Below, one piece after another: positions 32,732-43,600 of a DNA stretch of 47,521 nucleotides; position 1 is the stretch's first letter, and each line of letters starts with the position of its first letter. The notes under the pieces were generated by a model. It had not been told where the DNA came from, did not search any database, and saw only the letters and a list, made by a program, of their open reading frames with translations. The translations under genes and the position numbers were made by a program. The stretch is from a virus (Duplodnaviria > Caudoviricetes), in IMG/VR virus record IMGVR_UViG_3300005611_000049, positions 1-47,521 of that record; one strand, written 5' to 3'.

Positions 32732-35700
32732 TTATTTTTCTCCATCCTGATAGAAAGGACTAAGGCCTTGCTCTATTCGCTTTAAAGCATGTTGTTTTGC
32801 TTTTATAATAATAGACTCAGGAATATTTTTAGCATTTCCTTCAAGCTGCATATTTGCTAAGGCTTCTATTTCTTTTTCAGTAAGGGTTGGAACCATGGTA
32901 GGCACTTCCATTTCTTGACCGTTTATTTCCATGCCTACAGAAACTTCTGTCATGATACCGCCTTCAACATTGTTTTTTACTGGCCCTAGAAAACCCTGTG
33001 CAGACTTTTTGCTTCCGTCTGATCTATACATGCTAGGATCTTCAACGCTTCCACCAGCTTGATAACCTCTTCTACCTTTGCTTTCTTTGGGCGTGTAATA
33101 CAACACTTCTTTGTTTCTAATCATTTTCATGATTTCTTTTTCAGCATCTTCGCGTGAATCAGCATCAATCTTAAAGCCTTTGTTGTTGTTGGCAACATCC
33201 ATAGGACCGCCCTTAATATCTAGCTCTACAAACTCACGGGCATTTGCAGCAAATTTAGCAGCTGATGGGTACTTAGATTGTTTTGCCAGCCATCCAAGGG
33301 CTAAGTGTCGAGCAGCATCGCCACGACCATCTAGCTCTTCAGCCTCTGGAAACTTTTTAGCTAAACCCTTAGCCCACTTAATGTCGTCTTCAGAGATGCC
33401 TAAGGCTTCTGAAACAAAACCACCTTCTTTGAACAACATACGCTTTTCGGGGTCTTCTTCATCTACAAAGGCTGACCCAGCTTGAATGTTGTAAGGCCGA
33501 CCCGTCATTTTGTCGATACGCTCGTCAGGCTCAGCAGGCGCATTAGGTACTGTGACCTCGCCTCCTTTAGCATATCCAAGACGTTCTTTTTCTTCTTCTT
33601 CGGTTGGTAAGTTTTCAACGCCTTCCATAGTCATTGAAGGCAATTGAATTGTATCTTTGTCAAAAGCTTCTTTTAATTCTGCAGGCTCTACAGGCATAAG
33701 CGGCGTGTGTTTCATTCTGATTTGAGCTTTATATAGTTCGTTTTGATACGCTTCAAAAGGAAGATCATCAAAAACAAGCTTTTCATAATCAGTTATTAAT
33801 TTTTTATTAGTTAAAGGCGCTTCCTCTAAAAATATTCCTTGTGCAATATAAGAAGATTCAGTTTCACTTATGCCGTTTTGTTGCATAATATATAATGCTT
33901 GTGCATTGCCCATTAAAGTTTGAGCAGCAAGAAAATCTTCATACATATCTTGTTGAATATCGTGCAATGCTTTTTGTCGCCTAACATAACGCTCAACAAG
34001 GTTGTCTGCTTTTTCTGCATATCCAAAAGGCCTAGCAACAATTAAGTTTCTTTTGAATCTATTATACTTTTTAACTTTAAATTTAAATGCTTCTTCAGGA
34101 TCAAATTCAGTAAAGCGTATGCCTGTAGCATTTGTAAACATTTCTGCCCCTAAATCCCGTGGCTTTTTTGTAAATGTTTGAGGTTTTTCAAATGCAGCAT
34201 CTGCAAGCTTTTCTATTGAGTCCATTGATCCGGGTTTAAACGCATCAAACATTAAATGGAATGCTTCTGCTCCTTGGTCTACATAAGACATTCCTTCTAC
34301 AAAAACAGGTCTGCCTTCTTTAGTATAGCCATTACCTCTAAAAGCATACATTAAATCTTGAACTGCTTCAGTTACAATTGCTTCTCCAAAGTAAGGAGAT
34401 AACAGATTTATACCTGCTTCTGCTATAGCAAGGCCTAGACGCTTTTCTAGCTCTTCACCTCGAAGTTCACCACGCTCTACTTCTCTTATAGCTGCTGCAA
34501 ATGGCTCTTTAACTGTACTATATGAGTCAATAAACTGAGTATCGTTTGTATAGATAGTATCGCCAAAACGAACAACATTTCTGGGAGCTTGGGACCAAGG
34601 AGTTTCAGAAAGCTTTTGAATTGCTTTTTGTTCTTCTTCATCAAAACCCGCCCAACGATATGTTTCGTTTGAAAGCGCACTCCATCCAGCCATTGAAGCA
34701 CTAAACCCAGCAAGCCTAGCGGTACCTCTTTTAACTAATTCTACATTTCCAGAGCTTATTTCTTTAGCACTTTGTGCAATAATGTGTCCAGAAGTTCTTA
34801 ATATTTCTGCAGGGAAAGAAACAAAGTTACCAAAAGGAAGATACCTAAACTGTTTAATTGCTTTTGGAACACGATCATAGTTAGGCATAGTGTTCTTAAC
34901 AATGTTGGCTGCTTCTTCTTCTAATATTTCAAGTGCCTCGTTGGGTTTTGCTTTTTTTAAAACTGCAAGTTCTTTTTCAAAAGAATTTATTTTAAAAAAA
35001 TCATCGGTAGCCATATAAATATCAGTAAGACCATCATCAATGCCTTCAACAATTTTAGCACCTTTGACATACGCTTTATCAGGCAAGACTGTACCGCCAA
35101 ACCTTTTAGCAAGGTTAGACATAAAATTATCAGCATCAGACTGAAAACCAGTTTCTAAAAGCGCCCTAAATTCGTTTACTCTGACGTTAGTATTGATTAC
35201 TCCTAAACGAAGATAACGTTCATACATGCTATCAAGCGCAGCATCGCCACCTGATCTTATTTCATTCCATAGCAGCTTTCTAGTTTGGTTTGCCCCATAA
35301 AACGGATTTATACCATTAGCTAAACCAAATTGAAGGCCACCGCCAAAGTTTCTAAGATGTGTCATGTGGCTATAAACGGTTTTCATTTTTTGAGAAAAAC
35401 CTTTTAGTTGTCCACCATACCTGAACAAACCAGAGTCAAACCAACTAATGTGCGACTCTTTATTTTTAATAGCCGACAAAGTTTCTGGAGTTGTGTACTT
35501 ACCGTCTAAAATTGAATTTGTACCAGTTATTTTTACAGTTGCGCCTCTGGTAGAAGTAGACTCATCAAAAATATATTTATTCTTGCCTAAATCATTAAGC
35601 TCGTTAAAGAATCTATTGTTTTCTGTAAGCCTTGCAAGCTTTGACACTGTTAATACAATGTTTTCTGAAGGCTGTTCAATTTCACCCATAAGCTGACGAA

Positions 35701-37396
35701 CGGCTAAAGGAATATCGCCACGTTGTTTTAGTATTTCAGTGTTGACTTTATTTACTCTTCCGTAATAGCTTTCAAGCTCTTTAGCTTTTTTAGTATCAAG
35801 AATGCCTTGAATTTTGTCTGTAGCAAAATTTTCAATCGCTTCTAAATCTTTTATTCCTTGTTTTTCAGCTAACTCTTTAAAGTATTTTTTTGCATTTTGA
35901 AGAACAGCAGATGAAGGGCGATAACCTGCATCTTCATAAAGACGATAAGACCTTCGAATATACATGCCCATGTTTTCAAGAATAGCTTCTTTAAAATCAG
36001 GAGAAGGCACATTAGAATTTAACACTTTAGCTGAAAGATCATCAATTAAATTACGAGCATTTACGACTTCTGTAGCAATGTTTGCATTTATTTTATATTT
36101 TTGAGACACAAATTTAACTTGCTGATCAAAAGACATATCAGGTGCAAAGTCTAAATCTTCAGACAACGCACGCTGCACAAGGGTAGTAGCCCGTTTAGTT
36201 TTAATGCCATCATTTAAATTATTTAAAGATTTTTGCAGTCTATTAGAAATATGCTCTGCTTGACTAACTATTTGACGCTCTGCATACTGCGAATCATTAA
36301 AAGCACTAAAAGCTTTTGGAGACCAGTAACCACGCGAAGTAAATACTTGCTGAAAAAATCGGCGTAAAGGACCGCTAGTAGCTAAGGCAGTAAGACCGTC
36401 TGGTTTAATTGCAGTTTGTTTTAAAACTTGCAAAGCATCATCATCTATATTTACATATTTTATTTTAGGCTTTAAAAACTCAGGCCTTTTAATTTTAGAA
36501 CGAGTTTCTTTTAGCGCATCCATAATTGCTTCTGCTTGTTCTGATTTAGTTAGTTGCTCTAAAGGCTTTTTAAATTTAGTCGCAACTTTACCAGCACCCG
36601 CAAGGCTTTTTAATAGCGCATATCCGCCTACCCCTGCTACAGCATTATCTACGGTAAGTTTAATTCTTTCTTCAAGAACTGTATCATCTTTGTCAATTGA
36701 CATAAATTCTACAAAATCCTGTGCTGCTTGATTAGCTTCTAAAAGTTCAGAATCTTCTAAAGATCTAAATATAGTATCGTCGGCATCTCCTGTGTATAGT
36801 AATTGATCTAAAGCAACTAAAGATCCTGTAGTCGTAGCAGCCTTTGTAATATTAGGTAATTGAGCTATAAGCTTTGATCCTGCAACAACACTACCACCAA
36901 TTAAATAAGGTGCTACTTCTACTGCTGTGCCAGTAAGACCTCTTTCTTTTACTGTACCTTCCTCAGTTACTATATCTTCAGGCTCAACCCCCGGAATAAA
37001 ATCAGTTACTAATTCAGCAAAAGCTTTTCTAGTTTGACCTACAAATTGTTCTTGACTTTTAAATCCTTTTGGAACTCCAAAAACGTCTGTTGCAAGCTTA
37101 GGCACAAAAGAGCCAAACTTAGTAAGTCCTCTAGCGATATCTGTAGCAATGCCTGTTTCTTTTTCTTCTTCTGGTTTTTCAACAACAGGAACTTTAGGCG
37201 CTTGAACTTCTGGCTTTTCTTCTTTCTCTTCTTCTATTTCAGGTAAATTTACTTTTGGTGAAGACACAGAAATAGAGCCAGCAACCATACCTGCTTGTTT
37301 TGATTCCAAGTGCATTTGAAACACTTGTTCATCGGTATAATTATCTGGAACATTTCCATAAATTTCACCGTCTGGAGTAATTACGGTTCTAGCCAT
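32732..37396 (-). CDS. Large internal virion / DNA-ejection protein with modular C-terminus (1554 aa)
   Basis: Size and position; helical core with THLRN, DDFFKI..F and NTMPNY..VP...PFGNFVSFPAE motifs. Confidence 0.75.
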   Translation of the reverse strand: MARTVITPDGEIYGNVPDNYTDEQVFQMHLESKQAGMVAGSISVSSPKVNLPEIEEEKEEKPEVQAPKVPVVEKPEEEKETGIATDIARGLTKFGSFVPKLATDVFGVPKGFKSQEQFVGQTRKAFAELVTDFIPGVEPEDIVTEEGTVKERGLTGTAVEVAPYLIGGSVVAGSKLIAQLPNITKAATTTGSLVALDQLLYTGDADDTIFRSLEDSELLEANQAAQDFVEFMSIDKDDTVLEERIKLTVDNAVAGVGGYALLKSLAGAGKVATKFKKPLEQLTKSEQAEAIMDALKETRSKIKRPEFLKPKIKYVNIDDDALQVLKQTAIKPDGLTALATSGPLRRFFQQVFTSRGYWSPKAFSAFNDSQYAERQIVSQAEHISNRLQKSLNNLNDGIKTKRATTLVQRALSEDLDFAPDMSFDQQVKFVSQKYKINANIATEVVNARNLIDDLSAKVLNSNVPSPDFKEAILENMGMYIRRSYRLYEDAGYRPSSAVLQNAKKYFKELAEKQGIKDLEAIENFATDKIQGILDTKKAKELESYYGRVNKVNTEILKQRGDIPLAVRQLMGEIEQPSENIVLTVSKLARLTENNRFFNELNDLGKNKYIFDESTSTRGATVKITGTNSILDGKYTTPETLSAIKNKESHISWFDSGLFRYGGQLKGFSQKMKTVYSHMTHLRNFGGGLQFGLANGINPFYGANQTRKLLWNEIRSGGDAALDSMYERYLRLGVINTNVRVNEFRALLETGFQSDADNFMSNLAKRFGGTVLPDKAYVKGAKIVEGIDDGLTDIYMATDDFFKINSFEKELAVLKKAKPNEALEILEEEAANIVKNTMPNYDRVPKAIKQFRYLPFGNFVSFPAEILRTSGHIIAQSAKEISSGNVELVKRGTARLAGFSASMAGWSALSNETYRWAGFDEEEQKAIQKLSETPWSQAPRNVVRFGDTIYTNDTQFIDSYSTVKEPFAAAIREVERGELRGEELEKRLGLAIAEAGINLLSPYFGEAIVTEAVQDLMYAFRGNGYTKEGRPVFVEGMSYVDQGAEAFHLMFDAFKPGSMDSIEKLADAAFEKPQTFTKKPRDLGAEMFTNATGIRFTEFDPEEAFKFKVKKYNRFKRNLIVARPFGYAEKADNLVERYVRRQKALHDIQQDMYEDFLAAQTLMGNAQALYIMQQNGISETESSYIAQGIFLEEAPLTNKKLITDYEKLVFDDLPFEAYQNELYKAQIRMKHTPLMPVEPAELKEAFDKDTIQLPSMTMEGVENLPTEEEEKERLGYAKGGEVTVPNAPAEPDERIDKMTGRPYNIQAGSAFVDEEDPEKRMLFKEGGFVSEALGISEDDIKWAKGLAKKFPEAEELDGRGDAARHLALGWLAKQSKYPSAAKFAANAREFVELDIKGGPMDVANNNKGFKIDADSREDAEKEIMKMIRNKEVLYYTPKESKGRRGYQAGGSVEDPSMYRSDGSKKSAQGFLGPVKNNVEGGIMTEVSVGMEINGQEMEVPTMVPTLTEKEIEALANMQLEGNAKNIPESIIIKAKQHALKRIEQGLSPFYQDGEK

Positions 37397-37414
37397 ATTT
37401 AGTTATTTCCTAAT

Positions 37415-38815
37415 TTACCTAGCAATGAACGGATATTCAGTTCTAAAAGATCCTTGCATTAAATCATTAAAGTCTCGAACTACGGGGCCTACTGGCTGTC
37501 TGGACCCTTTGTATTTATCCATAGTCATTCCAGTGCCCATTAAAACATTATATATAATGTCACTTATAGCTTGTTGTTGTTGTTCTGGGGAGCCTTTTAA
37601 TTGTTCGCCTGCAATTTTAGTGGTGATAATACCAGTAGTAGTTATATCTATTAATTCTCTTTGAAGTTGTTCATCAGCTTTATTTTTAGTATTTCCGGGA
37701 AGCCAAGCTGCAAACAACTTTCCAACTTCTTCATACTCTTCAAGATCGTCAGGACTTTCAGGCTTTAATCCCATTCTTCTTGCTTGCGCCATAAAGCCTT
37801 CAAAGGCTTCAGTTCTTAATACTTCTTGTGCACGTATACCGTAGTTATAGTCATCCATTTTTTGTTGAAATAATTTTTGAAGTGCTTCTTTTGGATCAGT
37901 TGTATCTACTAAAGGAACAGGTCTATTCATTTCATCTGTTTCAAATTCAATTCTTTCTGATACTTTTTTAGTAATAAGATTAGTTGTTTTTATTTTTTTA
38001 GTAGCGTATATTTTACCATCCACCACTTCAACATCAGCCGTTTCTTCTATAGTTTCTGTTCTATCTGGACTAAAAGCTTTTTCAGGAAAAACTTGTTTAG
38101 TAAATTTATAAGCTCGTGTCATATCACCAAAGCTTTTAAATGTTGACATAAATGTATTTAGCTCTTCAGCATCTTCCATTTCATCAGTAATAGCTTCAAA
38201 AGCTTCTTGTTCAAATTCTTCTTGTGATTTACCGCCAAAAAGATTTGAAATTCCTCTTGTGATATACGAACCTATGTTTGTAGGCTTAGCTTTTGTTGCG
38301 TGTAATTTTACCATAGACTCATAAGAATCTTTATCAGAGACTTCATCAGCTAAAGAAATAGCTTCTTTATAATCTGCAGCCCAAGCTTCTGCTAATTTTT
38401 GTGTTTCTTGACGAACTTTAGCATTGTAAGCAGTTAAATCGTTTGTATATGTATTAGATAAAATTTCTTTAGCACGAGCTTCAAATTCAGGACGTAGTTT
38501 ATACATTGCATAGCCTACTGTATCTCCAGCAGAATAACCTTCACCGCCCTGTTCAATTGCATTACGGTGAGTATTTAATTGACCAGAATAATCCAGCGCT
38601 TTATTTTGGGCTTGTTGTGCCAGCAAAAACTCTTCTCTTTTAAGAAAATCTCTAGTTTTATTCGCCAGCATTTCATTGCCTATTTTAGCAGCAACATTTA
38701 CACCAAGACCTAATAGCGCTTGACGCTCTGCTCGCTTTCTAGCCCGTCTCGCTTCGTCTTGTCGTCTTTTGCGAATATCCCCTAAAAGAGATTCACCAAA
38801 TTGTTCAATAGACAT
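37415..38815 (-). CDS. Putative internal virion protein
   Basis: 466 aa, helical, within the ejection-protein cluster. Confidence 0.6.
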   Translation of the reverse strand: MSIEQFGESLLGDIRKRRQDEARRARKRAERQALLGLGVNVAAKIGNEMLANKTRDFLKREEFLLAQQAQNKALDYSGQLNTHRNAIEQGGEGYSAGDTVGYAMYKLRPEFEARAKEILSNTYTNDLTAYNAKVRQETQKLAEAWAADYKEAISLADEVSDKDSYESMVKLHATKAKPTNIGSYITRGISNLFGGKSQEEFEQEAFEAITDEMEDAEELNTFMSTFKSFGDMTRAYKFTKQVFPEKAFSPDRTETIEETADVEVVDGKIYATKKIKTTNLITKKVSERIEFETDEMNRPVPLVDTTDPKEALQKLFQQKMDDYNYGIRAQEVLRTEAFEGFMAQARRMGLKPESPDDLEEYEEVGKLFAAWLPGNTKNKADEQLQRELIDITTTGIITTKIAGEQLKGSPEQQQQAISDIIYNVLMGTGMTMDKYKGSRQPVGPVVRDFNDLMQGSFRTEYPFIAR

Positions 38816-39417
38816 TATACTTGTTCCTCTTCAACGGGTGGTGGAGCCATTAAACTTTGTGATGCAGGCTCTTGTTTTGGTTTTTGTGGAGGCTGTTCCA
38901 TTAAACTAGGCACAGGAAGCTCTTCAATAGTTTCTATCATTTCTTCTGTAATAGCACTTGAAGGCGTCTTACCAAGCGCAGCAAGCTTTTTGATGCGTGA
39001 TACTTTTTCTTTCTGTAATTCAACACCAAACACACGCTCTTCGGCCTCGTCTTCTTCTTCGCCTGTGTAAATTTTTGGATCAATTCCTGCACGTTCAGCT
39101 AATGCTAGTAGCATATAAGCTACGGGCTCAACAAGCATTAACATAAGGTCAGGGTTCCATTTACCTTCTCTAAAACCTGCAAACAAAATAGTCTGTACAA
39201 TATCCATTACAGGAAAATCATCAGCTAACAAACCCATAATTTCTTTATAAGTTTGTTCTTCAATAAGTCCAGCAAAAATATCTTCAGAAGCTTCGTGAAT
39301 TGAAGTATACTCTGGTGGCTTTTCATAAGGCGCAGGATTAGAAGGGTCTGTTGTCAGGCTTTGGCCCGGAATAGGCCTACCACCCGTTAAGACTATTTTA
39401 TTGTATTCTTCATTCAT
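38815..39417 (-). CDS. Conserved virion-module protein
   Basis: RPIPGQSLT...PYEKPP...GKWNPDLMLML motifs. Confidence 0.65.
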   Translation of the reverse strand: MNEEYNKIVLTGGRPIPGQSLTTDPSNPAPYEKPPEYTSIHEASEDIFAGLIEEQTYKEIMGLLADDFPVMDIVQTILFAGFREGKWNPDLMLMLVEPVAYMLLALAERAGIDPKIYTGEEEDEAEERVFGVELQKEKVSRIKKLAALGKTPSSAITEEMIETIEELPVPSLMEQPPQKPKQEPASQSLMAPPPVEEEQV

Positions 39418-39430
39418 TCTTTAGTATTCC

Positions 39431-40627
39431 TTATACGAAACCGTATTTACGCATTTGATTCATATATGTTGCTTCATTGTACATGTTAGCGTTAAATCCA
39501 AACGGCTGCAAACCCATAGATTGTTGATTGTTAGCTACGTATTGTACGGGGTCTATTCCCATAGACGTACTTACCATTGGAGCTTCTTGGATTGTTGGAA
39601 CAACAGTAGCGTAAGATACTTGGTTGTATACTGGGTCTGGATCAAGCCCAACGGCCCTTCTAGCAAATTGAGAAGGCATATCAGTAAGCGTTGAGCCTAA
39701 TTTATTCACGGCCTCTTGTGGAAGCTCTTGAAGTTTCTCTCTACCTAAACGAAGTGTTTTATCAATAAAGCCTTCTTTTGCTGCTTCTGCTTGCATCTCA
39801 GAAGTAACGCCCAAGTCTTGAAGTGTCTTTGCCCGTTGTGCAGCTTCCGCTGCAAAATCAGTTGTACCTGCAGAAATGTAGTTTGGATCTAAAAGCTTAC
39901 GATTACCTATAACAGAAGGGTCGCCAACTGCAGGAGAAGCTATATTGACATTAGGAGCTAACAAAGAATCTGTTTTAACTTGAGCCGCAGCAGGCATATC
40001 AGGAGTTACAATATCTGGATCATAGCTAATTTCTGGTTGAGGTGTAACCGCACCGTCTGTAAGTTTTGAAGATGTTGAAGAAACGCCTCCAAGGTCTTTG
40101 CCAATATTACCAAAAGAATTTACAACATTTTCTACACTTGTGCCAAACTGCTCTCCAATAGATGTAAGATCAGCTGCACGAATACTTTCACCAAGATCCA
40201 TTAAATACTCTGAGCCAAAAGTTTCGCCTGCTTTTAAAACAGCTGTATCTAAACCAAGCGCATTTGCACCAGCCTTAAGTGTTTCACCTACAACATTTTT
40301 AACGCCTTCAGTAATGCTGCTAAACGATTTACCTACTTGACCAGCTAGTTGTCCGGCTTTAGCAAGAAAATTTCCTGCCCCGTTAACAATAGAAGAACCC
40401 ACCCCAGTGTATCCTGTTAAGGTGTTGACTACGCTACTGCCTATGCCTTGTAGCATTCCTCCTAATATTTCTCCTACTCCGGGCAATAAAAGCGACAAGC
40501 CGATTTGACCAACAATGCCAATTTTGTCCATAAACTTGCCAATAGATTTAAAAGCGCTTTTAATTCCTTTACCTACTTTTTTAAAAACTTTCTTTACGCC
40601 TTTAAAAACTTTAGAGAAAAATCCCAT
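39431..40627 (-). CDS. Putative membrane-targeting ejection/pilot protein
   Basis: Cationic amphipathic N-terminal helix followed by a Gly-rich hydrophobic segment. Confidence 0.6.
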   Translation of the reverse strand: MGFFSKVFKGVKKVFKKVGKGIKSAFKSIGKFMDKIGIVGQIGLSLLLPGVGEILGGMLQGIGSSVVNTLTGYTGVGSSIVNGAGNFLAKAGQLAGQVGKSFSSITEGVKNVVGETLKAGANALGLDTAVLKAGETFGSEYLMDLGESIRAADLTSIGEQFGTSVENVVNSFGNIGKDLGGVSSTSSKLTDGAVTPQPEISYDPDIVTPDMPAAAQVKTDSLLAPNVNIASPAVGDPSVIGNRKLLDPNYISAGTTDFAAEAAQRAKTLQDLGVTSEMQAEAAKEGFIDKTLRLGREKLQELPQEAVNKLGSTLTDMPSQFARRAVGLDPDPVYNQVSYATVVPTIQEAPMVSTSMGIDPVQYVANNQQSMGLQPFGFNANMYNEATYMNQMRKYGFV

Positions 40628-40629
40628 TA

Positions 40630-43600
40630 TTAACCTCCAAGATTTAGCAGATTGTTTACTGCAGTAATTAAAGCATTTATTGAGCTTGAGCTTTTTTCGC
40701 CTGCTGCAGATTCATTACCAATAGCCGTAGCATATAACTGTGTTCGACGAGTCTGATCATTTTCATAAGCCTGTCGAGTGTATGCTGCATTATCACGAAC
40801 TTCTTGCCATAAGAACTGCATTTCTGCCATACTTAGGTTAAAAGCATTCATGACATTCTGTTGATTGGCTGCATTACGAGCCGCAGTATTAATTGTATTA
40901 GTTTGTCGTCGCCATGCAATGTCTGCTTGTTCGATAGCCTGAGCATTTGCTACATTAAACTGCTCGCGTTGTTGATCCATAGTCTCATTGAACTTTGAAA
41001 TATCTGTTTGCATCTGAGCGTTAGCAAGAGATACTTGTGTGGCGTTCTGAGCATTTTGAGCAGCTATGCGATTCTGTTCAGAAATGTTAAACTGGCTCAT
41101 AGCATTTGCTTGAGCAGCGTTGAATTGTTCTGTTTGAGACGCTAAACTTGCCATAAACTGATCAGCTTGTTGCTGGTTTGCAGCATTAAACTGCCGTGCT
41201 GCATTCTCAGCTGCTTGATTTGACAACATAGTCTGTTGGGCTTGTTGTTGATTCATGACAGCCATTTGTTGTTCATTTGACAAGTTTGCCATATCCATTT
41301 GTAAGAATGCTTGAGCGTTTTGTGCCGCAAGACGTGTACGTGCATCAAGGTTTGCCATGTCCATAGATGCCATAGCCGTAGCGTTCTGCATAATAGACTG
41401 TTGACGAGCATCAAAGTCCTTCATAGTCATCGACTGCATAAACTGACTGTTAGCCATCGCAGCTTGTTGATTAGCATCAAACTGTTTCATGTCAAGATTT
41501 GCATCAATTTGAGCATTAAACATTGCAGTTTGTTGTTGATTGCTAAGATTTGCAAGGCCCATTTGTTGGGCCAATTGCGCATTAACCTGAGCTGCCTGCA
41601 TACGTTTTTCATATTGCTGAAGCTCTGCGACATTCAGTGCCGACATAGACTCTGAATCTGCACGATTCTTAGAATCAAGATTAGCAAGAGAAATACGCTC
41701 TTCCATGCTAAGACGCGCAAGGTCTGCTTGCTGTAACAACTGTTCATTTTGTGACATTACTTGAACATAGTTGTTTAACTCTTGCATACGGAATCTGTTT
41801 TCTTCAGTAAAGTTTGCAGCATCTGCTGAAGCTTTTTCTTGAAGGTTTGCAAGTTCCATTTGCTGTTCATTAGCAAGGTTTGCCATATCCATTTGTTGGG
41901 CTAACTGAGCATTGGTTGTTCTAAACTCAGTAAGCGTCTGAAGATTAGCAAGACGCGTTTGCTGTTCAGCCGACATGTTTGCACGGGAAGTTGCATTACG
42001 TTCTGTAAGCTCTGACAACTCTACTTTAAGTCGAGCATCAAGGTTAGCAGCTTCCATTTGTTGATTAAGATCTGCTTGACGTACATTGCGATCAATGGTA
42101 GCGTTAAAGCTTGCTAGACGACTTTGTTGTTCAGCGCTAAGGTTTTCAGAGCCTGCACGATTTAAAGCCTCAAGATTTGCAAGCTCTGTTTGTTGACGTT
42201 GACTAAACGACTGCGTTATAACCTGCTGACGCATCTGAGCATTTTGAACTTCTGTTTGAACACGAGCATTCAAGTTAGCAAGTTCAGCCTGTTGAGCAGC
42301 ATTTAAGTTATCGGCAGATGCTTGATTTTGAGCCGTTAAGTTTGCTAACGTAATTTTTTCTTCTGAACTTAAGTTTGCAATATCAGCCTGTTGACGAAGC
42401 TGAGTATTTTCTGACAACACTTGTGCTGCTGTTTGAAGCCTAGTTAGCTCAAACCGATTAGCTTCAGTAAAATTAGCTGCGTCTGCTGAAGCTCTTTCAG
42501 CAAGATTTGCAAGCCTTACTTGCTGCTCGTTAGACATGTTAGCCATATCCATTTGTTGAGCAAGCTGTGCGTTAGTTTTCTTAAAGTCTACAAGCGTCTG
42601 AAGATTAGCAAGTCGTGTTTGCTGCTCTGTTGTCATGTTTGCACGAGCAGTTGCATTTTTTTCAGACAGCTCAGTTAGCTCAACTTGAAGAGAAGTATTT
42701 AAATTTGCTTTAACTATGTCTTGATTTAATTCTGTTTGTCGAATTTTTCTATTTACTTGTGCATTATATTCCGTTAATTTTGCTTGTTGAGCAGCATTAA
42801 GGTTTTCTGTTCCAGCACGATTAAGAGCTTCTAAGTTTGCAAGTTCTGTTTGTTGGTCTTGACTAAATGTTTGTGTAATAATTTGTTGACGCATTTGAGC
42901 ATTTTGCGTTGCTCTTTGAAGACGAAGATTTAAATTAGCTAATTCAATTTGCTGTGCAGAATTAAGATTATCAGAAGATGCTTGGTTTTCTGCTGTTAAA
43001 TTTGCAAGAGTTATTTTCTCATCAGAACTTAAATTCGCTAAATCAGCCTGTTGTCTAAGCTGCGTGTTTTCAGATAAAACTTGAGCAGCCGTTTGAAGTC
43101 TAGCTAGTTCAAATCTATTTCCTTCTGTAAAGTTTGCAGCATCTGCAGCAGATTTTTCAGCAAGATTTGCAAGACGAATTTGTTGTTCATTAGACATGTT
43201 AGCCATGTCCATTTGTTGAGCAAGCTGTGCATTAGTCTTTTTAAAATCTACAAGTGTTTGAAGATTTTGAAGTCTAGTCTGTTGTTCCGCCGTCATGTTT
43301 GCACGAGCAGTAGCGTTCTTTTCGGACAACTCAGATAACTCAACCTGAAGCGCAGTGTTCAGATTAGCTTTGCTCATGTCTTGCTTAAGTTCAGCCTGAC
43401 GTGTAGCTCGTTGAATTTTTGAATTTAATTCAGCAAGTTCAAATTGATTTTCTGCTGTAAAGTTTGCTTGGTCTGCTTCAGCTTTGCGCTGTAGGTTAGC
43501 CAAACGCATTTGTTGATCATTACTAAGATTAGCAAGATCCATTTGTTGTGCTAACGTAGCGTTTGTTTTGCGGAAGTCTACAAGAGTTTGGAGATTAGTT

